Source: Camelus ferus (Eukaryota). Taken from it: a stretch of 64,000 nt of DNA. The stretch is taken from contig NC_045697.1 of the NCBI RefSeq assembly GCF_009834535.1, positions 75,580,001 to 75,644,000 on the forward strand, written 5' to 3'. This document shows, piece after piece, positions 25,273 through 37,420 of this stretch. The first letter of the stretch is position 1; each line of letters begins with the position of its first letter. The translations under genes were made by a program, and so were the position numbers. Below the pieces are notes generated by a model. That model had not been told where the DNA came from. It did not search any database and saw nothing but the letters and a program-made list of their open reading frames with translations.

Positions 25273-27109
25273 AGTAGAACAAAATAGAGCTTTAAGGAAT
25301 TAAGGCTTGAGTTCAAACTCTAAGAAAACAAAGGAAAATTCTGCACAATAATAATAAACTGGCTATATAAACCCTCAAGAAAGGAAAGTAATCCCATCTC
25401 CCATCTACCTTTTATATACACTGCTAACCAAAACTTTCATTCAAACTCATGAGCTCTTTCCCTATCACTTTAGCACTAAGTCTGTCACTTCACAAAAAAA
25501 AGGCTGTATCCTATATGAGAGTTTTTTGGTCACATGGAAGAATTTCTGAACAAGGACATTCCTGGATCAGTCTGAACCCACAGGTAATGATGAGTGATGA
25601 ATATCCTTGGCATGAATACCACATATCCCTTTGCAAGCTTTTTATTTTGCAAGCTGTCCGTACTGCAGCATGAAAACTTCTATTAGATTCCCCTGAGCTA
25701 TGAAGCAGGTAGAAGATTTTAGCAGCCCTGAACACAAGGCAGCCCACAAAAATATGGATTCAACTACAGGAAATAATAGACAGTCACCATTGTAAACTAT
25801 TTTATGCCTGGAGCCAACCCACAAAACTAATGTAATAATAGAGATTCTAAGTTAAAGCTGGAAATTGCTACCCAGGTCAGGCTATCCCTGGAGCCCAGAT
25901 AGGATTACTTTGGGTGCATTCTGGAACCCCACAGCTGGTCTAGGTTTTCATTGTCTCATATAATGGACTTTCACTATTTCCTTTAATAATCCTCAACCCC
26001 CTGCCTTGGATTGGATAGTCAGTCTGAATTTATCTTTTCTCAATTTTAATTTTTCATTCCTCCTTTATTTCAGACAAGGCTTAAAAAAAAATTCCCATAT
26101 CCCTGTGGAATTATATCTAGATTTTATTTCTTAGTTCTTACCTTTTTGCAGCTCTTGCCTTTGTTTCTTTGATACATTGGTCATTTTTGTCTGAAATCTG
26201 GCCAACTTGTCAAATTCCCTCAGGTAATTCTGAAATCCAGAATAGATGCATTAAAATAGACAGAACAGTTGATTGGTCAGGGTGCTGGAGCATAAATCTG
26301 CTCTCCATTCTACTATTCACATGTTTATTAAGAGAAAAGAAATGACTTTGGTGCTATATGTCTTGGTTTTTCTGTTCATAAAATCTAAAATAATACTTTT
26401 GTGGTTTCTCCCAGCCTCCTGTGACAATAGATTTTCTCTGAAATAAAAACAATTTCCTATTAATCTGGTATTGTAAGGATGCAAACTAATTTTTTGCTAG
26501 TTCTGTGCTGAGTCATGACAAATGAAGTAATAGTGTTGTTTTCATCTTTATGCCGTCTTTTAACTCCGCCAACCCATATTTCCATGCACCAGTCTTAAAG
26601 AGTTTGCTCTCAATGGCAGGAATTGCTCAGATGCAATTGTTTGAGCAATTGATGTGAAATAAATTATCTTACTTGCAGAAAGAAAGAAGGATAATGCTTA
26701 CAGGCCTACTCAGACCAAGGAAATAGTACTCCTGTCTATAGTGGTTTCAATTTGAGTTCCACTCCATTTACAGTCAGTTATGGAATGAAAATCTATCAAT
26801 TTATAGTGCATAAGTAATCTTTCCTTTCCAGTGCTAGAAACGAAATGTCTACTAAACGTAGCAGTTATTGAGGAAGAAAACATTATGCCAGTAAACATAA
26901 CAGAATGTCATATCTCACACAAAATAATCTGTTTTAAATTCCCTTTATCCAGACACATTAAAATAGCAACAAAAAATTTTTCATTTTTGATGAAAGATTA
27001 TCCCCTAGTTAGACTCAAACATCCTAGTAAGTAAAGCTGTTTTTTAGAATTTGGGGTTTTTTGGTTGTTGGTGGGGTTTTTGTTTGTTTGTTTAGAATTT
27101 TTTTTAGAA

Positions 27110-28030
27110 GTGTATTTGTTTGGGTCCTCTAAAGAGCATGAGTTCTCTGGGAAGCATGTATCAAGACGGTATTAGATGTGTAAGGTATTCAGTCTCTAAG
27201 ACAGCCACCCGTGATTCCCACCTCGTGTTCATGCTTGTGTAATCCTTAAGTGTGGGCTGGCCAAGTGACTTGTTTTTAACCAGTAGAACTGGACAGGTAA
27301 TGAGATGTCATTTCTGTGATTAAGCTACCAAGTGTTGTGACTTCCATTTTATAGAAGTCTCTCTCTTTTTTTCTTTCTAGATTTGATGAAGCAAGCTATC
27401 ATGGTGGGAACACTTATGAGGCAAAGGACTAAGGAAGGCCTCTACCCAACAGTCAGAAATGAACTGAAGTCCTCAGTAGAACAGCCCACAGAAACTAAAT
27501 CCTGTAAACCCTTCTGTAGTTGAACTTCAGAGGAGACTCAGCACCGGTTCACACTCTGACTTCAGCCATATAAGACACCCTGAAGCAGAGGACCTGGCCA
27601 AGCCACACCCATATCCCTGACCCACAGTAACTGTGAGATAATAAGTGCATGCTGTTATAAAACAGTAAGTTTTGGGATAATTTGTTACACAGCAATATAT
27701 GACTAATACAACGTGCAGGTAATATGTTGGGGAAGAAAGCAGAAGGAGGCAAGGAGAGCCTTCTAACTATTATGGGGGTCTGACATATAATAAAGGATAG
27801 AAAGAAGGAAGGAGAATTGGGCTGCAAGAGTTTGGACTGCAGTATAATCCAAGGAAAGTTTCCCATTGGAAGATGGGAATGATCCTGCCTTGGTACACTT
27901 CCCATGCTCAGTCATTGGTTGAGAGCACTCTGAAAGAATTGTAGTGACACAAATGTGGTGGTGAATCTAGAAGGGTAGCATCTGGAGCCCCACAGCAGAA
28001 GATCTGACTTGGGTATTTACATGCTGCAGA
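27110..28030 (-). mobile_element. ERVL LTR (LTR33-like) split by an MLT1 insertion
   Basis: 5' piece 'tgtatttgtttgggtcctct...ttagatgtg'. It resumes at 27711 with 'gcaaggagagccttc...ggtctgaca...gaaggaaggagaattggg...gactgcagt'. Confidence 0.6.
27181..27710 (+). mobile_element. MaLR solo LTR (MLT1E/F-like)
   Basis: 'gtgattcccacctc...tgtaatcc..aagtgtgggctgg...cctgacccacagtaactgtgagataataag...gactaataca'. TSD ATGTG/ACGTG. Confidence 0.88.
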
Positions 28031-28669
28031 CAAGAAGCAAACTAATAACACAATAGTAGAAAGAAAAGAGAAATTATAGTGCTTTTTAAAATCATATCAT
28101 GTAAGATGCTCCTGTAGCCTGTTCCACCTTGTCAGTTGTATTGCCCAGGGAGGGGAGGGAAACAGCTGTTAAGGAGCAAGAGGACTTGAGGAAGTAGGAG
28201 CATCAGTGCTATCACCACTTCTGTGCATCCCCCTCACTGATGTCTCACTTGCTGGGTCTACAGCCTCTATCATTTTCGTTTGGAAAGCTCTTGCTTTCTT
28301 GAGTAGGGGATATAGGCTGACTGCAATCTCATTCAAAGGAGTCTTTTTAAAAATAAGATGTTTCTTTAAAGACAAAAAAAGAAGGAATAAAGGGATAGGA
28401 AGAAAAATGTGACTTGACTGAGGAAAAATAAGACACAAAGGCAGACAGAGAGAAATACCAACATGTCTTTTATGTCTTTGGATAATTACTGAGCATATTT
28501 CAGTAAGCATGAGATTGTCTTTTATTTATAATAAGACAGAAATATATCATGTATGTGAGGAAGCTGAACATGACTGTCAACAACTTTTCAATTAACTTTG
28601 AAGTGCTTACATTTATTAACCAGAATAAAAAAAAAATGATCCAGTTCATAATCAAAGTTTTAGACTCAC

Positions 28670-30290
28670 TGTGCCAGACTGCCATAGAGGAATACTGAAA
28701 AAAGGGCCAGGGGTTTCATAGAAGTAGAAAGATTAGAGAAGATGAATTATATGAGACCAGAGAATCTACCAGTTAACTGTGCTCCCAGGAGGGACTAAAA
28801 GACCTTCCCTTCACTAAGGCATCATTGAGAAACTCAAGAGGCTGTTTTCTGTGGGCCAGGAGTGAAAGTAGGATATGCTTCCATGGGATTTCCATGGGGC
28901 CCTCTAATGTCAGTATGTACGACATGATTTCAGAATAGCCAAGGCCCTGTTTCAGCACTCAACAATTAGAGGCAACACGGACGTAATTACTGTAATGGGT
29001 GGCAAGGCCAGAATGACAGTCAGGAGCCCTTGACCACTGGAATCTATGGCAATGGCTAAAATATGACCCTGTCTTGTTCCCAGAGGCAAGACAGATGAGC
29101 AGTCAGTGAAAATGTTGCTCATCCTATATAAACATAAGAGATCAAGTGCTGGTGAGCAAAAACCAATGTCAACCACCAGATGGGAAAACCATGGTTCCTT
29201 ACCCAGCTCTGTTTCTGAACCACTCAACTGAAAGGAAGTCCTGAGAAAGGACTCTACTTGGAAGCTCACTCAGCTACAAGCCAAAACAAGAATATATATT
29301 GTATATTATGTTATGCCCAAAAGGAACCTACAGCCGTTTTCCAGAATAACTACATAGGAGAAAAGGAAATACTCAGATCTTTTGAAACTTACTAGATATA
29401 GAATCAGAGCTGACAATGATATTAGTGGACACAAAATTCCATATAAGACTAACATTACATTAAACTGAGTGTAATTGGTTCAAAGAGTCTATGGATCCAC
29501 TCAGTGATTTCCCCAGTCCCTGAGTGCATAATCAGAATGGATATACTTAGCAACTTTCAGAACTGTCACATTATTTCTCAACATATGGAGTAAGAGCCAT
29601 CAGAGTGGAAAGGGTCAAGTGAAGCCCCTAATACTGTCCCCAACATGTAGTATAGTAAATCAAAAGCTACATCACATCCTTGTTTGGAAATACAACTGCT
29701 ATCTCAGAGTCAAGAGATGCAGGGGTGTTGTTTCCTGTAATATCCACATTTAGATAACCAGTATAGCCCTTCCAAAAAGAGAAAAAGAATATATCATTGT
29801 AGGCCTTTAAAGGATGAAAAAGACAAGAGTGTCTGAGGCATGTGGACAAACCAATGGAAGTGGAGACAAATTATGCAGGATCTTTGCCTTACGTTCATGC
29901 CCACCAGAGAGCATCTACAGCAAAGGAGACACTGAAGATCCTGGGGAACAAGATAACTCATCCAGTGAAGGTAAACCAGCTTTTGTCCTTAGCCACCCCC
30001 ATGCTAGCACAACAAGTTCATAAATAGAGCGGCCAGGATATCAGAGATAGAGGTAACCTATGGGTCCACCAATCACCTTGGGACCAGTTTCAACAATGAG
30101 GACCATGGCTTATTCCACTAACACTCCCATTAAAAGTGTTCTGGGAGGATTTTTGTTTTGGTTTTTGCTTGTTTTATTTTATCATTAAGAAATGATGGCC
30201 AGCTACCACCCTCAAGTGCCAATAACAGAGTGGAAAATAGCATATGGGGCACGAATGTATCTGGGTAACATAATAGATACTCTGTAAGAG
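28670..30290 (+). mobile_element. Degenerate ERVL (class III; ERV3-16A3-like) internal region: gag, protease and pol fragments
   Basis: Gag-like LP*RNTE..EVERLEKMNYMRPENLP (~28680). Protease GNTQIF*NLLDIESELTMI (~29365, DTG motif decayed). VISPVPECIIRMDILSNFQN (~29505). RNase H/integrase junction YVHAHQRASTAKETL..NKITHPV..QLLSLATPMLAQQVH (29842-30027). Confidence 0.88.
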
Positions 30291-30294
30291 ACAC

Positions 30295-30730
30295 TGTTGG
30301 TTCTCTAATCCATTTCCCCCATAGCAACAGCAATGGAAGAGAATTTATAGCATGCTGATAGCTTCCCTTCCCACTTGCCTATTCTCTTTTCCTCTCTGCC
30401 TTAGCGTTTTCTTTGGAAGTGCACTCCACTATAAGCAGGTACAACCTGGAAGTATGGAAGAGTCAACATCCCAGGGGCAATTCTCAATCAATAAAGAATG
30501 ACTGCTGGTGGTTAAATGGCCCAGGATCCCCATCTTTCATGGAACGATTCTGAGATGTGTTATACTTGGTTTCTTTCTGGAACAGTACCGATCCACAATT
30601 GCTTACCATAGTAACCCCACTTATTGATGAATCCTTTACTAACTTTTCTCCCTTCCTTTTCTTATTTCCTGTCATCCTTCCTGGGATTACCTCCCTTATA
30701 GACAGTCTACTCCCAGATTCTTGTCTTAGG
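30295..30730 (+). mobile_element. LTR16-like ERVL LTR (3' LTR of the relic)
   Basis: Directly follows the internal region. Ends 'cttcctgggattacctccct...tactcccagattcttgtcttagg' as LTR16 does. Confidence 0.75.
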
Positions 30731-30835
30731 TGGTAATCATTTCACAATACATAAATGCATCAAATCAACACATTGTATACTTTAAATGTACATAATGGCA
30801 TATGTCAATTATACCTCAATAAAGCTGGAAAAATA
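30731..30835 (+). mobile_element. LINE-1 extreme 3' end
   Basis: 'catcaaatcaacacattgtatactttaaat...tgtcaattatacctcaataaagctggaaaaa'. Confidence 0.85.
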
Positions 30836-30859
30836 ATAAATTACAAAATGAAAACAATA

Positions 30860-31895
30860 AAAGATAAAAAACACTAATCTTAAAGATAAACAGGCCCACA
30901 TTAACATTAAAATTAAGAATATTTGTTCATTAAAATGCAACCTTAAGCAATTAAAAGGCAAACCATAGGGTGAAAAAAAATTTTTAACATATACAACAGT
31001 CAAAAGTCTCATAAGTTAATATAAAAGGACCTTCTTGAAACAAATGAGAAAAAAACAAAGATAGGCAGACAATCCAGCAGAAAAAGAGGCCAGAGAACTT
31101 GAACAGGTATTTTTGGAAACAGGATATCCAAATGGTCAACAAACATGTAAACAGATGCACAACTTCATTATAATCAGGAAAATGAAAACTAAAATGACAC
31201 AAACTATCACTGCACAGCCTTCACATAGCTAAAATCTAAATGATTGACCATTCCAAGTTTTGGCAAGCATTCAGACCAACAGGAACTCTTTTATGGTGTT
31301 CCTGAGAAGAGGGTTCAGCTGCCTTGGAAAATCCTTTATTATCTACTAAAGTTGAGAATAGGTATTCTCCATGAACTGATTTCACTCCTACCTAACTGAA
31401 ATGCATGCATATATGGGTTCAAGAGACATATACAAGAATCACATGAGCACTAAGTCCATCACCTACAGAATGAACAAAAAAATTTGGCATATTCATAAAT
31501 GGACTAATGTAGTAAACAACATACAACTACACTCAACAATGTGAGGTAATCTTAACAATACAATGTTTAAGAAGCCAGATACAAAATAATATATAATGTA
31601 TAATTCCATTTAAATAAACTTCAAGGAAGGGAAAATTGACCATATTGTTTAGAGATGCCTTACTAAACATTCTATAAATAAAATCAGAGACGATTGCCAT
31701 AAAGGAAGGATAGTGGTCCCCTTTGGGGCAGAGATGGTATAGTAATTGGATGGAGGGAGAACATCTGAGACGCTGACAATGTTCTGTTTCTTGTTCAAAA
31801 TGATGGTTACACAAATTTATACTTTGTGATTAATTGAGATATGCATTTATGTTTTATATATTTTTCTATACCTGTGTTCTATTTCATGAAAAAAG
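30860..31895 (+). mobile_element. Old LINE-1 (L1ME/MD-like) ORF2 end plus 3' UTR
   Basis: 'gatatccaaatggtcaacaaacatgtaaacagatgcacaacttcattataatcagg' followed by an L1ME-type 3' UTR. Confidence 0.8.
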
Positions 31896-32699
31896 AGAGG
31901 CTTTTAAGGGATGCAACTGTGGAGATGAACAAACCATCCATGAAGGAATGAAAGGAGTACTTCTCTTTAATTGATGACCTTGGGTTTATGTTCTTAGGCT
32001 TACTCTCTAGTGATAAGTCACAAGTGCATCAATCAGTTGTGTACAGTGAAAAAAACTACTTTCTTGCTGAGATAACATTTGATGGACAAATTACATTTGT
32101 CACCATTCCCCTCCTTTTACTGCGTGTCATCACTGCATCATTAAATACAGCTCTGCCTTATAACCACCTCAGTTCCCTGTATGGCTAAATTTACATCAAT
32201 GTCTGCCTAGGAAGGCAACAACTGGCTATTATTTTTGCAATGCCATGAGACGTGTTTTGTGAAGCTTCCTTTCAAAATTTCCTAATTATTTAATCACTGT
32301 CCTATTCATTCTCATGCCCATGATACTCTCCTTACACTGTTCTCTTAAAGGTCATGATATCCAGTGGCTCTAAATCCAATTGCCCTTTTTTGTATTTTTC
32401 ACATTCAGTCACTCTGCTTGAGGTAAAACTTATTTCATCTCCAATTTTTAAAGCACAAATCAAATTATGTCTCTATTTTACATAAACTCTAGTAACTTCC
32501 CCACAGAACAAAGAATAAACTTCTTTAAAATGTGTTCAAAGCCTTCCAGAATACAAGTTCCAACCTTTCTCAATTTCTCATAAATCCACTTCCTTTAGAA
32601 AGAGATACACACACACAATTATTCCCTAATACATACTTCACTTACCTTCCACAGACCTCTGTTCAAACTTACTTTGTCTGTAATATCTATAACTAAACC

Positions 32700-33120
32700 A
32701 GCATCAAAAATGAAAATTATGTCACATTTCATTTACAAACCTATAGGCAAAATAATAAATATAATGTTAACCAACTAAAACAGAATAATACATTATGAAA
32801 AAATTAGTTTTAATCCAAGAAAGCAGGGAACACTCATTGGAAAATTTATTAATGTCATTCACAGTTATGACAAAAGAGAACAACTCTTAACTTTGTAAAG
32901 GATATTTACCAACAGCTGTAACAAATACCTCAATAAAGACAGAAATAAGGCAAGGATGCCATGATCCTACTAATACTTAAGTCCATATCAACTATACTGT
33001 CAATGGAATAACCTGGAAAAAAAGAATAAAGTTATAAATATTCGAAATGAAAACACAAAACCATAATTATTTCTAAGACAAGAATCAACTGAAAAATTAG
33101 AACACAGTAAAATGAAAAGG
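32700..33120 (+). mobile_element. Old LINE-1 ORF2 (RT region) fragments
   Basis: 'aatccaagaaagcaggga...cattggaaaatttattaatgtcattcac' and 'aataaggcaaggatgcc' (TRQGCP-like). Confidence 0.6.
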
Positions 33121-33499
33121 GCTTATTTGAAACTCTACAGAACTTCCTGCAGCAAGTCATGAAGACAGCGTGCATTTATACTTGCAGTCAGAGCTTTCTT
33201 GAATGGGTCTTTGCTCTGTTCTAGTACCCTCAGATACCCCCAGTACCCAATGCCATACAACCAGTAGAAGTGTTGAATCGAATCAAACAAGAGCTACAAA
33301 AGCTGAAGATAAGGTCCGAGTCTGAGTTAGTTATAGCAGCATGAAAGGGCAATGACAAGACTAGCTGGCTGCAGAGAACAGAAGAGATTATAGCAGGCTT
33401 GTGTGCTGATGGAAGTGATCCAGTAGAAGGAGAAAGGCTGATGATATGGGCAAAATGGAAGATAACTAAAGCAGTAAGCAAATAATGCCAGGAAATACA

Positions 33500-34030
33500 T
33501 AATTGTTCAATTTGCCAGCCTTGTCCAGCTACTTTTAACTTAACCTTATCCATGGTCCCAGGATGCACTATGCCCATCTGGTTGACCATGTCTCCAGGGA
33601 GTCACAGAGAAATCTGAATAAAGCTGGGTCAATCCAATTTCCCTTCAGTCTTGGAACTGAGATGCTGATAAGCACAAGCTAGCCAGCTATGGGGAGATGA
33701 ACTAAAAGTTCATGGAGAATCAGAGCCAAAGTTTACACCGTCATAGGCAAAAGCCCTGTGGAAACAGAATCAATGAACAAGTTTGTTCATACAGCAGAGG
33801 ACAGAGCAGATACACAGATAAAAACAGAGGTCAAAAACCTTAAAAGGGGAGAGAGAGCGTGCGCATAGCTGCCTGGATCCCTGGTATTTTTTCATTTTGC
33901 TTCTATTCTCATGAGGCCTGATTGTGATTCGTTTCTTCTATCTCCATGTTTTCACAACAATCCCTTACATGGGCATGACAAAATGTGAGTGATTTCTGTT
34001 CTTTACAACCCAGAAATCCTGACTCCTGAC
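33500..34030 (+). mobile_element. Old MaLR LTR (MLT1K/L-like)
   Basis: 'aagctgggtcaatc' and 3' end 'gtgatttctgttctttacaacccagaaatcctgact'. Confidence 0.55.
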
Positions 34031-34079
34031 CAAAAATTAATTCAATGGTAAATTATTTCAGACTCCAAGTGCTCCAGGA

Positions 34080-34385
34080 CAGTGCCACTAATACACTATA
34101 TTGTAAGCCACATATGTCATTTTAAATTTTCTAGTAGCCACATTGTAAAAGAAGAAAAAGATGGAATTAATTTAAGAATATATATTATTTAAGCCAATAG
34201 ATTCAAAACAGGACTTCAACTTGTAATCAGTAAAAAAAATTAAGACATTTTACATTCCTTTTTTGTAGTAAGTATTCAAAATCCAGTGTGCATTTACATT
34301 TACAGCATATCTCAATGTGAACATGCCATATTTCAAATATTTAATAACCACATGTGGCCAGTGGCTGCCATAAAGGGCAGCACAG
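34080..34385 (+). mobile_element. MER33 (hAT-Charlie MITE), full length
   Basis: 'agccacatatgtcattttaaattttctagtagccacatt...cacatgtggccagtggctgcc...cagcacag'. 8-bp TSD CTCCAGGA/TTCCAGAA. Confidence 0.9.
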
Positions 34386-37229
34386 TTCCAGAAGCTTAGA
34401 GAGGGACAGACTAATATGCATACAATACAAGGGACTCGGAGAACTATTCTGGGGGAGCAGTGGGGAGATGTGGGAGGAGAATGTGTTAGGGCAACCCCGG
34501 TGAGCGGGGCCAGGAAAGCAAAGAGACTGAGACTAGACTTAGGATAAACTAATATGGAAAGTGAGATATCCACCAACTTGATGCAAACCTTTAGCCATTA
34601 TCCCGGAGAACACTGCTCGATAATCTTGAGTGTGGGTGTGCATGCTTTCCCCAAACGGATTTCAATTAGAAAGGTGGAATGAACATTCCATTTATCAACC
34701 TTCAGTGAACTGGAGCCTCTCAAAATCTAACATTTTGCTATTTTAAGAGGACTTCTGTGATTTATTCTAATTCCGAGGCAGTGATATCTATTTTATGGTC
34801 TAAGAACCCACAGGAAAAGGGAATAGAGTTGTTCCCAATGTCACCACCTTTCTGAAAGGAAAAGTAGCTATGTCTAGGCCTTCATATCAGAGGTCTAACT
34901 AATGCTCTTCCCCTCACCAGACTGCTGTATGTGAATCCTTAGAAAGTTTCTCAGGATCTGAATCTGTGTTTTGGAAACTGGTGGTTTTACTGAGCTAGCA
35001 CCTATGAGGCTTTATTTTCTCATCTTTCGTGTTTCAGGAAGTAAAAAGTCTACATGATAGAGTAGGAGCACACAAAAAGCGCAGCATCTGGAGAAGAGCT
35101 GCTACCAGAACCCGGTGGAAAGAACTGTGAATGCATCTCAACGGCCAGTGACCAGGTGGCCTCAGGGCCACACTGTCTAGTACAGCAGGGACGCAGTCTA
35201 GCAGGCAGGGACAGGAAGGTGTCCTAGCTGTCTTCATCTCCCAAAACCGGACTTGGTGCCTTCCCTTATCAAGTGATCAATAAAAGTGGACAGGATTAAT
35301 AAATGAGTGAATGGCTGTAGCTCTGCCCCTAAAAGAATACAAGCTGCCATTTGGTATGAGTTTGTTATGATCCTTTCCTCTGTGCTGCTAAGTTCTTGTG
35401 GCCAGTGTGGGATAGAAGCACACATCTGTAACAAGTCGCTATTCCTAACAGACCTATTATCTCCAAAGGCACTTGAGAAATTCACAAAACCATGGAGCTC
35501 CCTGACTTTCTTCCAGATCGGGGTGGGTGGGCAGAGAACTCTGGCATTCACCACCTTTTCTGCCTGTCACACTGACTTCAGATCCATGCATGCATGAAAA
35601 ATCTCCCCTGCCCTCACCCTCTCTCCTCTTCTCCAGTAACCCCCAAGTCACTCTTTCAGCTGTTTATTTTCGACATTGTTCCTCCAAAATTGGGCAGCTG
35701 AGGAATATTTAAATCAGAGAGATTGAAAGCAGCTTTGCATTCTGTCCAACTCACACTCTGTTCTATTTAACCTTTCCACTGTTAGTTCTTTGCCACATCA
35801 TTTACTACGTCATTGTGGTGCTCCTTTGTAATCATTCACTCTCAGTTGTATTCTTGAAAAATGCAACAAGAGAGACCAAGAAAATCATGGACTGGGAGAG
35901 CCTACTCTATGGCATAAGTTATCACTCCCTAGAGGCCTGATTCCTAGAAAGTGACAGAGCATCACAGAGCAGCTGAGCACCTCTTTATAGGTAGCAGACT
36001 TTAGGCAGATGTTAAGAGAGTGAGACCCAGAAAATAAAACATTGTGTTTAATTGTCAACACTCCTTCTGTTCCAATGAAACAAGCTGGACCAAAGTCCTG
36101 TGGCTCTCTATGTCTTAAAGCTCCAATGATTTGCCCCATTTGCATGAGTTCAAAATAAACAATCTGTGAAAGCTCTTTAAGCTTAGTACAAAAAAATGAA
36201 AAATAAACAAGATGTTGCTAAATGGTGTGCCTAAGAACACTGAGTTTATTTAGGGTGGATTTTTTGCTTGTTTGTTTTTTGCTTTTCGTGTTTTGAAACA
36301 GACCTATTGCATGTTTTAATAGTCTCTGTTCCCAGCGTTACTTGCAGTTCCTGGTGTGGTAGTGATTTGGGGCTCTTTCTAGCATAGTTGCTGAAATGAA
36401 GGCTGCTGCCCTGTTTTATTTCTTCTTTTGTACTGACTAGAGGCATGTTGACCACTACTTGTTAGCTCTTTGATCTTTTTCATTTTTGAACATATGGTCA
36501 GGACCTCGCCAGTGCCCAGAATGGCAAGCTGGAATTTCAGTAGACCCATGTGATAAACTGCTTTGCTCTGGGAAAAAGTGAGTGCTATGCAGAGCAAAGA
36601 CTGATGCATATTAAACACCACCATCAGCAGGAGAACATACTTCCCTGAGTATCTGTTAATACAGGACTGCTGCCTCTCCATACAATTAAAGGGCCTTCCA
36701 TTTAGAGTCACTTTCTATGAGACTTGAAAGTTCCAAATATTGCCAAATACAGTCAAATTTAAAAGCTGTATTGATTTAAACAATCTATTTCACAAGTAAA
36801 AATGTGTTTAATTGAACCTTCCCTTGTTTCTTTTCCTTCCATTTTACTTGCCTCTTGCTTTTTCTAAAATAACCACGTGAAACTTTTACATAAGATATTG
36901 TCAACTATGTGCCCTGCCCCCACCTTACATTTCAACAAGCCCAGTTTCTCTTAATGGCATTTCATGACCAAAATCTATACTTTTGAAAAACTAATTCATC
37001 AAATACTTTTGTGAAGCAAGAATATGGTTTGTTGAGTTTTCCATATGTCTTTATCTAAACATCTGCAGTGCTAATTTAACAAATCTGTCATTTTGTCATC
37101 TAAACTCAGAATGATGCTCAGGGCACCAATGTACAAAGCAGCTCTGAAAACAATAGAGCTCCAACCTTCAGACAACAATAAAGGATAATGTGGTGGTTGA
37201 TGAAAGGTAACAGAATTATTGCCAGGACT

Positions 37230-37420
37230 CTGGCATACAGCAGGGTGATTGGAGGGACTGAGTCTGAGTCTGATTCTAATACTTGCTGACCTTAGGTAAT
37301 TTACTTCCACTTCTCTGAACCTCATTTCTTCATCTGTAAAATTAAAATTATCCTAAATCTATGCCACGGGATTTTTATCAGAATTAAGGAAGACTATGTG
37401 GAAATGCAATGGTTGATTAT
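37230..37420 (+). mobile_element. MIR SINE
   Basis: 'gaccttaggtaatttacttccacttctctgaacctcatttcttcatctgtaaaat'. Confidence 0.75.
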
